Assembly: GCA_937975685.1 (NCBI GenBank)
Contig: CALJUG010000046.1
Location: forward strand, 84-64,083
Reading direction: 5' to 3'
DNA length: 64,000 bases
DNA from: an uncultured bacterium
GTDB lineage: Bacteria > Planctomycetota > Planctomycetia > Pirellulales > PALSA-1355
This document shows, piece by piece, positions 1 to 8,190 of the stretch. How positions within the stretch are numbered: the stretch's first letter is position 1; every line of letters starts with the position of its first letter. Below the pieces are notes generated by a model that was not told the origin of the DNA, ran no database searches, and saw nothing but the letters and a program-made list of their open reading frames with translations. A program made the position numbers and the translations under genes.

Positions 1-215
1 GGGAGGTGTTCGCCGAGCGCGTCGTCGGCGAACACGTTCGACACGTCCAGCGCGTGGGCCATCGGCTCGACGTTCTCGGTGTCGAGCTCCGATAGCGATT
101 CGACGTATTCGACGATCTGGCTGAGCTGCGAGGTCAGCACGTCGAGCTCTTCGCTCGAGAGCTGCAACCGCCCCAGCAGCGAAACCTTCTCGACTTCAGC
201 GCGCGAAAGACTCAT
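1..215 (-). CDS. gatC: Asp-tRNA(Asn)/Glu-tRNA(Gln) amidotransferase subunit C, N-terminal part (gene runs off the window edge)
   Basis: My own minus-strand translation from the ATG at 215 gives MSLSRAEVEKVSLLGRLQLSSEELDVLTSQLSQIVEYVESLSELDTENVEPMAHALDVSNVFADD..., a typical GatC pattern. It is absent from the ORF track because the window truncates it. Confidence 0.8.
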   Translation of the reverse strand, partial: MSLSRAEVEKVSLLGRLQLSSEELDVLTSQLSQIVEYVESLSELDTENVEPMAHALDVSNVFADDALGEHL

Positions 216-295
216 GTGGCAGGCAGGACGCCGGGCGGGAAGAAGGCGGGAGGCGTCTTCGACCTCCCCGGGACCGTCCTTGAATAGGTAGAGGT

Positions 296-586
296 TTAGC
301 TGGCCTGGGCCTTGGATCCTCCGGCTTGCACCGGAAGCTTAAACGGCGCGGTGCGCACGCGCTTGGTGATCGCGCCACTGCGGATGCACTGCGTGCAGAC
401 CCGCACCGTCTTGTTCGTGCCGTTCGGCGTGGTGATCCGCACGCGCTGCAGGTTGGGCTTGAACTTGCGGCGCGAGATGCCGGTGACCTTGGTACCGACG
501 CCGCCCAAGTACTTGGCTTTACCGCGGGTGGTGACGCTGTTGCCCAACACCGGGGCCTTGCCGCAGACTTCACATTGTTTCGCCAT
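296..586 (-). CDS. rpmB: 50S ribosomal protein L28
   Basis: 96 aa. MAKQCEVCGKAPVLGNSV..RGKAKYLGGVG...RRKFKPNLQRVR fits the bL28 N-terminal pattern (C-x2-C-GK, FKPNLQ). Small and basic. Confidence 0.85.
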   Translation of the reverse strand: MAKQCEVCGKAPVLGNSVTTRGKAKYLGGVGTKVTGISRRKFKPNLQRVRITTPNGTNKTVRVCTQCIRSGAITKRVRTAPFKLPVQAGGSKAQAS

Positions 587-832
587 CGTATTTGCCTCGG
601 TCGGCCCGTTTCTAAAAATCGCAAAACCGTCAGTATAGCGGCTTTAGGTTCGCACGCAAGCGAGAGATCGCCGCCGCGTGCATGGTTTTTCCTGTGGCGA
701 CGGACGGAGGATCGCAGGGGCCAAGACGGCGCGGCCCGCGAGAGACTACAATGTGCGGCAAGCTTCGACGCCGGCAGCCGTTGTGGCAGCAGGCCGTGGC
801 CCCACGCACCCTCCTGCCCCGGAACTCCCGCC

Positions 833-2173
833 ATGCTGCAACTCATCGTCTGGGCGGCGCTTGCTCCCCATCTGCTCGCCGCCGACGCCGCGCTGCCCGT
901 CGGCACTCAGCTCACCTATCGCGGCCAGGTGGCCGCCGCCTCGGGCGACACTTCGAAGGGCGAAAAGGCGTTCGACCTGACGCTGTGGATCACCGACCAG
1001 GACGAGACCGGCCGACGGGTGTTCTGGCTGGTCGAAGAGACGGGCAACGGCGAGTTTCCCTGGCCGGTCCGCTTCGGCCGCTCGACGCTGGACGCCAACT
1101 ACCGCTCGGCCACGTTGGGCCCTGCCCTGCTGTTCGATCGCGGCGACGTGCGGAGCATTGTGCCGGTGCAGCTACCCTTCTTTACAAGCCCCCAGCCGCT
1201 GGCCGCCGGGGCCGAGTTCGAGCAGGGCAAGCTGGAATACCAGGTGGGCAAGAGCAAGACGCCGGCCGACGAGCCCGCCTGGCGAGTGAACGTGCGCGAC
1301 CCGTTCGGCCCCAAGCGAGAAATGCTCGTCGAGCAGGACGGCCCCCTCGTGCTCTCGATGGACGAGCGGCTGACGATGGGCCGCGGCGATGAGTATCGGC
1401 TGAAGCTCGAGCTGGTCGACCAGGACACGCTGACCGGCAAGCCGTGGGAGGCGCTCTCCGGCGCGATCGACGCGCTTTCGGGGCTGGCCGACAAGTTGCG
1501 CGTCGCCCCGCAGAGCGAAGAGGCAAGCTGGAACGAAGAACAAGTGGCGCTGCTCGAGGCCGAGCTGCCGAAGCTCGAAAAGGCCGCCTCCGGCACCGCG
1601 CTTTCGAATCTGACGGCCGCGGCTGGGCGCGACTTGAAGCTGCACGTGGGCCGCGGCAACGCGGTGGCCGATTTGCAGTCGCAGTACATCGGCAAGCCGG
1701 TCGGCGATTTCTCGGTCCGCGGGCTGGGCACCAACAGCCTGTCGACGGCCGACTTGAAGGACCACGTCACCGTGCTGCACTTTTGGGACTATCGCGATGA
1801 GCCCTTGCGCGAGCCCTATGGTCAGGTGGGCTATCTCGACTTCCTGTACCACCGCCGCAAGGACGACGGGCTGCAGCTCTACGGCGTGGCTGTGAACCGC
1901 CGCCTGGGCGACGAAACGACCCGCCGCGCCGCCGAGCGGAGCGTGCGCAAGCTCAAGGCGTTTATGAACCTGAGCTACCCGGTGCTGCTGGACAGCGGCG
2001 AACTGCTCAAGCAGTTCGGCGATCCGCGCGTGGTCGGCGCCAACCTGCCGCTATTCGTCGTGATCGGCCCCGACGCCAAGATCCTGCACTACCACGTCGG
2101 GCACTACGACGTGGATCAGGACTCGGGGTTGAAGGAGCTGGACGCGGTGGTGGTCGAAGCGCTGAAGAAGTAG
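833..2173 (+). CDS. secreted protein with C-terminal thioredoxin-like (TlpA/redoxin fold) domain lacking CXXC
   Basis: In-frame ATG at 833 gives the signal-like start MLQLIVWAALAPHLLAADA. The C-terminus (VTVLHFWDYRDEP...YPVLLD...LPLFVVIGPDAKI) matches the redoxin-fold layout. The 5' part of track ORF 326..2173 looks like a GC-driven extension. Confidence 0.7.
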   Translation: MLQLIVWAALAPHLLAADAALPVGTQLTYRGQVAAASGDTSKGEKAFDLTLWITDQDETGRRVFWLVEETGNGEFPWPVRFGRSTLDANYRSATLGPALLFDRGDVRSIVPVQLPFFTSPQPLAAGAEFEQGKLEYQVGKSKTPADEPAWRVNVRDPFGPKREMLVEQDGPLVLSMDERLTMGRGDEYRLKLELVDQDTLTGKPWEALSGAIDALSGLADKLRVAPQSEEASWNEEQVALLEAELPKLEKAASGTALSNLTAAAGRDLKLHVGRGNAVADLQSQYIGKPVGDFSVRGLGTNSLSTADLKDHVTVLHFWDYRDEPLREPYGQVGYLDFLYHRRKDDGLQLYGVAVNRRLGDETTRRAAERSVRKLKAFMNLSYPVLLDSGELLKQFGDPRVVGANLPLFVVIGPDAKILHYHVGHYDVDQDSGLKELDAVVVEALKK

Positions 2174-2252
2174 CGGGGAGTGCGCGGCCGATGGTAGGTC
2201 CGCTTTTCTAGCCGGGGTCGCGCCGTTCTCGACGCTTGTACGGCGTGCCGAC

Positions 2253-2597
2253 TCACGGTGGGTATTTGAAGAAAGCGCACGGAAAAGTCTTCCAGTTGTT
2301 CTCCGCTGTGAGTTGCTCCAACTCCCTGATTAGCTCGATCTGTTGCGCCTCCGTGACATCGTCGCTCACCGGCGTCACTTCGAGCCGGTACCGATAGAAC
2401 TCGCCTTCGTCCCCTTCATCGACGCGTTCCAGGTCGTAGTCTTCATTCGGCACGACCTCGATGAAGTTTCCGCGCATGTCGCTCGAGTAAAGCTTAGAAC
2501 GGGAACCTTGGGAACAGCGCTTCAAGATGCGATTCATGATGGTGCTGGCATCTTCACTCGCATCGAGCATGATTAGAAACCGCACGTCGTACTTCAT
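2253..2597 (-). CDS. hypothetical small acidic protein (low-GC orphan)
   Basis: Start chosen at MKYDVRFLIMLDASED (aa 26 of track ORF 2253..2672). The region is visibly lower in GC (about 50%) than its flanks. I recognised no family. Confidence 0.55.
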   Translation of the reverse strand: MKYDVRFLIMLDASEDASTIMNRILKRCSQGSRSKLYSSDMRGNFIEVVPNEDYDLERVDEGDEGEFYRYRLEVTPVSDDVTEAQQIELIRELEQLTAENNWKTFPCAFFKYPP

Positions 2598-2771
2598 GGT
2601 GCCTCGTTGACGCAGGCTCGGCGATTGTGAGGTCCGCGCCCCCATCATCGCCCAGAAAAAACCCGCACGCAACTAGTGGGTGGTATGTGAATAGCGCACA
2701 CTATGGGCTGTGCCGTCTGGCGGCGCGATCCCGCTGATCGCGGAAAGGCATCCCATCCTGGAGGCGCGACG

Positions 2772-4616
2772 ATGACAGTCATCCGACGTGTGTTGCTGTT
2801 TGCGGTGGGGCTGGGCAGTTGGATCTCTGCGGCGGCAGCACTAGCGGCCGACACGCCCACGGCGATCTTCGTGATGAAGGTCGACGGCAGCGAGGTGCGC
2901 CGGGTGGCCGAGGTCGCGGGGCGACTGGCGACCGTGCCGCGCTGGTCGCACGACGGCGAGCAGTTGGTTTTCGACGCCGGAGTTCCCAGCAAGGGTGACG
3001 CCGACCGCAGGCTGTATGTGGTCCAGGCCGACGGCAGCGGCATGCGCACGCTGGGCGTCGGTGCAGCGGCCGACTGGTCGCCCGACGACAAGCAACTGGT
3101 GTTTTGCGTCGCCGGCAACGACGCTGCGAGCTCGGGCATCTTCGTGCAAAATGCCAATGGACAAGGGCGCGTGCGACTCGCCGACTCGGGCATCGCCCCG
3201 CGCTGGTCGCCGCGCGGCGAAGCCTTGCTCTTTCTTGAGGGGGGCACGATGGTCGTCCTCGACCTGTTCCGCTCCGAGCAGCGCGCGCTTGATTTGCCGG
3301 CCCAGCCGCTGCCTGGCTTCGACTTGTCGCCCGACGGTAAGCGGATCGCCGTGGTGACGGGCACCGAGAACGAGAAACAACTGTGGATCGTGGATACCCA
3401 GGGCGAGCGGCCGACCAAGCGGTTCGCCGCTGCGAAGCTCGGCCCCAACCTTTCCTGGTCGCCCGACGGCAAGCGACTGGCCATTGCGATCGACGGGAAG
3501 ATGCATCTGCTTGAAGTGGGCAGCGAAGCGCCGCCGGCGTTGATTCCCGGCCAGGAGGACGACAGCACGATGCCGGCCTTCTCGCCCGACGGCCAGTGGC
3601 TCGCCTTTATCAGCACGCGCGCCACGCCGACGCTGGCACGGGTAACCAAGACAACGCGGAAGGTAAAGCTCGAAGAGATGCGGCGTCACACGCGCGGCGG
3701 AGTCGTGTACGGCGTCGACCTGAGCCCCGACGGACGGCAAGCGCTGCTGGGCGGCACGCGCGATCTGGAGATCTGGAACCTCGACACCGATGAGACTGCC
3801 AACGTGAAACTGCCCGGCGAATGGGTGTCGCTCTCGCCCGACGGACATACGGTGGCCCAGTGCGGGCGGCAGGTGAAGGTAATGGTCGGCGACATCGGGA
3901 CCGGCAAACGGGTGCGCGATTTGCACTCCGGCGGCGTGTGTACGAACGCTGACTTTCCGCCCGACGGCAAGCTCGTCGTCAGCGGCACGATCAACGACCG
4001 CGTGCTCGTGTGGGAAGTCGACACCGGCAAGCAGGTCTGCGTTTTTGACAAGCACGACGCCCCGATTATGCGCGTGGCGTTCCTGCCAGGCGGCCGCGAG
4101 GTGGCTTCCAACGGCCAGGACAAACACCTGCGCGTATGGAATGCCAAGACGGGCGAACAGCGGCTGGCGCTCGAACATCCGGCCGTGGTCTGGGGACTGG
4201 CCGTGTCGCCCGACGGCCGGCTGATCGCCACCGGCACCGGCGGCAAGACCGAGGGCAATCCGATCATGCACCGGATCGTGCCCGACTCGACGAACGTGAT
4301 CCGGCTGTGGGACGCCGCCAGCGGTGAACTGGTGCGAGAGATGAAGGGGCACACCGCGGTGGTACACACGATGGCCTTTACGCCGGACGGCCGCACCCTG
4401 GTCACGGGAAGCTGGGACGGCTCGCTCCGCCTGTGGGACGTGGCCAGCGGCGACGAACTGGCCAAAGCCCAGGGCGCAGGTTCGGTCTTCATCGTGGCGG
4501 TCACTCCCGACGGCACGCGCATCGTGGTCGGTGGCGGCGAGAACCGCACCGCCGGCCAGCCCATCCGTCGCTATCGCGACGAACAGGTGCGGCTGTATCG
4601 CATCGTCGAGGAGTAG
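2772..4616 (+). CDS. secreted beta-propeller repeat protein (TolB-like PD40 repeats followed by WD40 repeats)
   Basis: GGAGG sits 7 nt before the ATG at 2772. Signal peptide MTVIRRVLLFAVGLGSWISAAAALA. Repeated WSPDGK/LSPDG (PD40-type) motifs are followed by WD-type repeats (LRLWD, IRLWD, LRVWN). Confidence 0.8.
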   Translation: MTVIRRVLLFAVGLGSWISAAAALAADTPTAIFVMKVDGSEVRRVAEVAGRLATVPRWSHDGEQLVFDAGVPSKGDADRRLYVVQADGSGMRTLGVGAAADWSPDDKQLVFCVAGNDAASSGIFVQNANGQGRVRLADSGIAPRWSPRGEALLFLEGGTMVVLDLFRSEQRALDLPAQPLPGFDLSPDGKRIAVVTGTENEKQLWIVDTQGERPTKRFAAAKLGPNLSWSPDGKRLAIAIDGKMHLLEVGSEAPPALIPGQEDDSTMPAFSPDGQWLAFISTRATPTLARVTKTTRKVKLEEMRRHTRGGVVYGVDLSPDGRQALLGGTRDLEIWNLDTDETANVKLPGEWVSLSPDGHTVAQCGRQVKVMVGDIGTGKRVRDLHSGGVCTNADFPPDGKLVVSGTINDRVLVWEVDTGKQVCVFDKHDAPIMRVAFLPGGREVASNGQDKHLRVWNAKTGEQRLALEHPAVVWGLAVSPDGRLIATGTGGKTEGNPIMHRIVPDSTNVIRLWDAASGELVREMKGHTAVVHTMAFTPDGRTLVTGSWDGSLRLWDVASGDELAKAQGAGSVFIVAVTPDGTRIVVGGGENRTAGQPIRRYRDEQVRLYRIVEE

Positions 4617-4620
4617 TCAA

Positions 4621-5001
4621 TCAACTCGCCGGCTTGGGCGGCTTCTTACCGGTCTTGGCTTCGTACTGGGCGGCGAACCTGGCTTCTAGTTCGGGATGGC
4701 AGGCGAAGCACTGCGAGTCGGGGCGGTCGTGCTCGCCGCACCAGTCGCCTTCCCTCTGCATCTTGGCCGCCAGCTTCACGTCGCATAGCCCGCACACATC
4801 TTCCGGCACGCCGTGAGCCGTACACCACCAGCCTTCGAGGTTGTGGCCCTCGCCCTCATCGCCAGTTTTCGGGTTGCCGCCGGCGGCAACTGGCGTGGTT
4901 TCGACGTCGACCTCGCCTTGGTCGGCACGCTCGGCGCATCCGATCGTCGCCGCCAACAGAATCATTCCCAGAAGTCCGCCCAGCGTTTGAATCCGTTGCA
5001 T
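4621..5001 (-). CDS. small Cys-rich lipoprotein, last gene of the RND efflux operon
   Basis: GGAGG lies 5 nt before the ATG at 5001. Signal plus lipobox-like MQRIQTLGGLLGMILLAATIGC. Two C-x2-H-x6-C-x2-C modules (WWCTAHGVPEDVCGLC, WCGEHDRPDSQCFACHPE). It lies 22 nt downstream of the RND pump stop. Confidence 0.75.
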   Translation of the reverse strand: MQRIQTLGGLLGMILLAATIGCAERADQGEVDVETTPVAAGGNPKTGDEGEGHNLEGWWCTAHGVPEDVCGLCDVKLAAKMQREGDWCGEHDRPDSQCFACHPELEARFAAQYEAKTGKKPPKPAS

Positions 5002-5023
5002 GTTTCCCTCCAAGTGTTCGTCG

Positions 5024-8000
5024 TTAAGTAACGCTCGTAGCCAGTTCCTCAGGCCTCTCCTGCTCGCTTGATTCTGGTGGCTCGTCGTCGCGGCCGGCGA
5101 CTTTGCTGAACACCATGTACAGCACGCGCAGCACCAACAGCGACATGACCATCGCCCCGATCACGCCGCCGATCACCACCGTGGCCAGCGGCCGCTGCAC
5201 TTCGGCGCCCATGCCGGTCGACACGGCCATCGGCAGAAAGCCGAGGCTGGCCACGAGCGTGGTCATCAGCACGGGCCGCAGCCGGGTGACGGCGGCTTTG
5301 GTGACCGCCTCGTCCAGTGCCATTCCCCCCGCGCGCAGTTGCCGGATGTAGGACACCAGGATCATGTCGTCGAGCACCGCCACGCCCGAGAGCGCGATGA
5401 AGCCCACCCCCGCGGAAATCGAAAACGGCATGTCCCGCAGCCAGAGGGCGAAGATGCCGCCGACCCAGGCGAAGGGAACACCGGTGAACACGCGCAGCGC
5501 GTCGACGATGTTGTGATAGGTAAAGTACAGCAGCACGAAGATCAGCGCCAGCGCCACGGGCACGACGATCAACAGCCGCGTGCGGGCTCGTTCGAGGTTC
5601 TCGAACTGTCCGCCGTAACCGACGTAGTAGCGAGGCGACGGCATGGCCACTTCGTCGGCGATGCGCTCTCGGGCCTCGGCCACGAAGCTGCCCAGGTCGC
5701 GCCCGCGGACGTTGGCCGTAATCGAGATTCGCCGACGGTACCATTCGCGCGTAATCGTGGACGGGCCTTCGACCACTTCGACCGAAGCCAATCGCGACAG
5801 CGGAATCCGCTCGCCCGAGGGTGTGGCCACGAGCATCGCGGCGATCGCCTCGGGGGTCTGCCGCACGTCTTCGGGCAGCCGCACCACCAGCGGAAAGCGG
5901 AGCTGGCCCTCGACAATCTCACCCAAGGGCTTGCTGCCGATCGACTCGACCAGGTCGAGCACCGTTTTGGCCGGCACGCCGTAGCGGGCGATCTGCTTCT
6001 GATCGATCTTGATCTGGAGCACGGGCTGGCCGGTGATCTGCTCGACCGCCACGTCGGCGGCGCCGGGAATGGAGTTGAGCACGGCCGCGATCTCGCCGGC
6101 CTTTTCCACCAGCACGTCGAAGTCGTCGCCGAACAGCTTCACGCCCAGGTCGGCCCGCACGCCGGAGACCATCTCGTTCATCCGCATCTCGATCGGCTGC
6201 GAATAGGCCAGCCGCTGCCCGGGCATGTCGCGCAGAACCTTGTCGAGCTGTTCGGTGAACTCGGCCTGGGTGCTGGCCTTGGTCCACTCGGAGCGGGGCT
6301 TGAGCGTGACGAAGGTGTCGGTCAACTCGACGCCCATCGGATCGGTGGCCACTTCGGCACTGCCGATGCGGCTCCAAACGTGTTCGACTTCGTCGGGGAA
6401 CTCCTCGAGAATCGTCCTCTCCATCTGCGTGTTGTAACGGATGGACTCATCGAGATCGGTGCCGGCCAGCCGCACGACGCCGATGGCGATGGCCCCCTCG
6501 GAAAGCCGCGGTACGAACTCGGATCCCAGGTGCGGGGCGATCATGCCGAAAGCCACCACCAGCACCGAGGCCGCAAAGCCCATCACGGCCACTTTGTACC
6601 GCATGGCAAACCGCAGCACCGGGTTGTGAATCGCGTGGGCCACGCGCATCAGAAACGGCTCGTGCTCCGAAATCTTGCGCGGCAATAGCAGGCTGGCCAG
6701 TACGGGCATCAGCGTCAGCGAGAGCACCATCGAGCCGCACAGCGCGAACACCACGGTCAATGCCATCGGCCGAAACAGCTTCCCTTCGACGCCCTCTAGC
6801 GTGAGGATCGGCAGATAGACGATCATGATGATCAACTCGCCGAACAGCGTCGGCCGGCGCACCTCCACCGCAGCATCGCGAATGATTTCCAGGCGGCTGC
6901 CGCCCGAGGAGTCGTGGGCCAGGTGTCTTACGCAGTTCTCGATCATCACAACCGAGCTGTCGACGATCAGCCCGAAGTCGATGGCCCCCAGGCTGAGCAG
7001 GCTGGCGGCGATGCCGAACCGCAGCATGCCGCTGAAGGCGAACAGCATCGACAGCGGAATCGCCAAAGCCACGATGGCCGCGGCCCGCAGATTGCCCAGG
7101 AAGGCGAACAGCACGGCGATGACCAGCAGCCCGCCCTCGAAGAGGTTCTTGCGCACCGTCTCGATCACGTAGTTGACCAGTTGCGTGCGGTCGTAGACGG
7201 GCGTGGCCTCGATGTTGCCGGGCAACGACTCGGAAATCTCGTCGAGCTTTTCGCGCATGTTCCAGGTGACTTCATGGCTGTTTTCGCCCATCAGCATGAA
7301 GCCCAGTCCGAGCACGACCTCGCCCCGGCCGTCGGCGGTGACGGCTCCGCGGCGAATCTCGTGTCCGATTTGCACGTCGGCCACGTCGTCGATGCGAATC
7401 GGTACGCCGTCCTCGGCGGTGACGACGATGTCGCGGATCTCATCGAGGTTCGTCGTGCGCCCCAGCCCCTGCACCAGCAGCATGCCACTGGGCCGGCTGA
7501 TGTTGCCGCCGCCGACGTTGAAGTTGTTCTTCTCGACCGCCTCAATCACCTCGCTGAAGGTGAGCCCGTGCTCGATCAGCCGCTGGGGATCGACGCGAAT
7601 CTGGTACTGCTTTTCGTAGCCGCCCCAACTGTTCACCTCGGCCGTGCCGGGCACGGTGAGCATCTCGGGCTTGATCACCCAATCGTGCGTGGTGCGCAGG
7701 TCGGTGATGTCGGTGCCCTGCCCCGCCACGATGTAGTGGAACACTTCGCCCAGCCCCGTGGCCACGGGCCCCATCTCCGGACGGCGCACGTCGGCCGGCA
7801 GTTCCACGGTGGAGAGCCGCTCGTTGATCATCTGCCGGGCAAAGTAGATATCGGTGCCGTCCTCGAACAGCACGACGACCTGTGATAGCCCGAACTTCGA
7901 GATCGAGCGCAGTTGCTCCAGGCCCGAGAGGCCCGTGATGGCCTGCTCGATAGGAAAGGTGATCAGCCGCTCGACTTCCTCGGGCGACAGGGCCGGAGCG

Positions 8001-8161
8001 ATGGTGTTGATTTGCACCTGCACCGGCGTCGTGTCGGGAAAAGCGTCGATGTCGAGCTGCCCGACCGAATAGATTCCACCCGCGGCGGCGGCCAGCGATA
8101 CGAGGATCACCAGCAGCCGGTTCCGCAGCGAAAAGTCGATGATCGAATTGAGAATGTCCAC
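5024..8161 (-). CDS. heavy-metal efflux RND transporter, CzcA/CusA (HME) family
   Basis: 1045 aa with a 12-TM RND layout. N-terminus MDILNSIIDFSLRNRLLVILVSL..., then AIDAFPDTTPVQVQI and GAIDFGLIVDSSVVMIEN, which are typical of CzcA/CusA-type pumps. Confidence 0.9.
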   Translation of the reverse strand: MDILNSIIDFSLRNRLLVILVSLAAAAGGIYSVGQLDIDAFPDTTPVQVQINTIAPALSPEEVERLITFPIEQAITGLSGLEQLRSISKFGLSQVVVLFEDGTDIYFARQMINERLSTVELPADVRRPEMGPVATGLGEVFHYIVAGQGTDITDLRTTHDWVIKPEMLTVPGTAEVNSWGGYEKQYQIRVDPQRLIEHGLTFSEVIEAVEKNNFNVGGGNISRPSGMLLVQGLGRTTNLDEIRDIVVTAEDGVPIRIDDVADVQIGHEIRRGAVTADGRGEVVLGLGFMLMGENSHEVTWNMREKLDEISESLPGNIEATPVYDRTQLVNYVIETVRKNLFEGGLLVIAVLFAFLGNLRAAAIVALAIPLSMLFAFSGMLRFGIAASLLSLGAIDFGLIVDSSVVMIENCVRHLAHDSSGGSRLEIIRDAAVEVRRPTLFGELIIMIVYLPILTLEGVEGKLFRPMALTVVFALCGSMVLSLTLMPVLASLLLPRKISEHEPFLMRVAHAIHNPVLRFAMRYKVAVMGFAASVLVVAFGMIAPHLGSEFVPRLSEGAIAIGVVRLAGTDLDESIRYNTQMERTILEEFPDEVEHVWSRIGSAEVATDPMGVELTDTFVTLKPRSEWTKASTQAEFTEQLDKVLRDMPGQRLAYSQPIEMRMNEMVSGVRADLGVKLFGDDFDVLVEKAGEIAAVLNSIPGAADVAVEQITGQPVLQIKIDQKQIARYGVPAKTVLDLVESIGSKPLGEIVEGQLRFPLVVRLPEDVRQTPEAIAAMLVATPSGERIPLSRLASVEVVEGPSTITREWYRRRISITANVRGRDLGSFVAEARERIADEVAMPSPRYYVGYGGQFENLERARTRLLIVVPVALALIFVLLYFTYHNIVDALRVFTGVPFAWVGGIFALWLRDMPFSISAGVGFIALSGVAVLDDMILVSYIRQLRAGGMALDEAVTKAAVTRLRPVLMTTLVASLGFLPMAVSTGMGAEVQRPLATVVIGGVIGAMVMSLLVLRVLYMVFSKVAGRDDEPPESSEQERPEELATSVT

Positions 8162-8190
8162 GCCAGGCGGCGCCTCGCTCTATTTCGGGG

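Noticed and set aside
196-832. ORF 196..906 (minus) and the 5' portion of ORF 326..2173 (plus), both overlapping rpmB.
   Set aside because: Both overlap the clearly real L28 gene and have Arg/Pro/Ala-rich junk composition. The plus-strand gene has a convincing signal-peptide start at 833.
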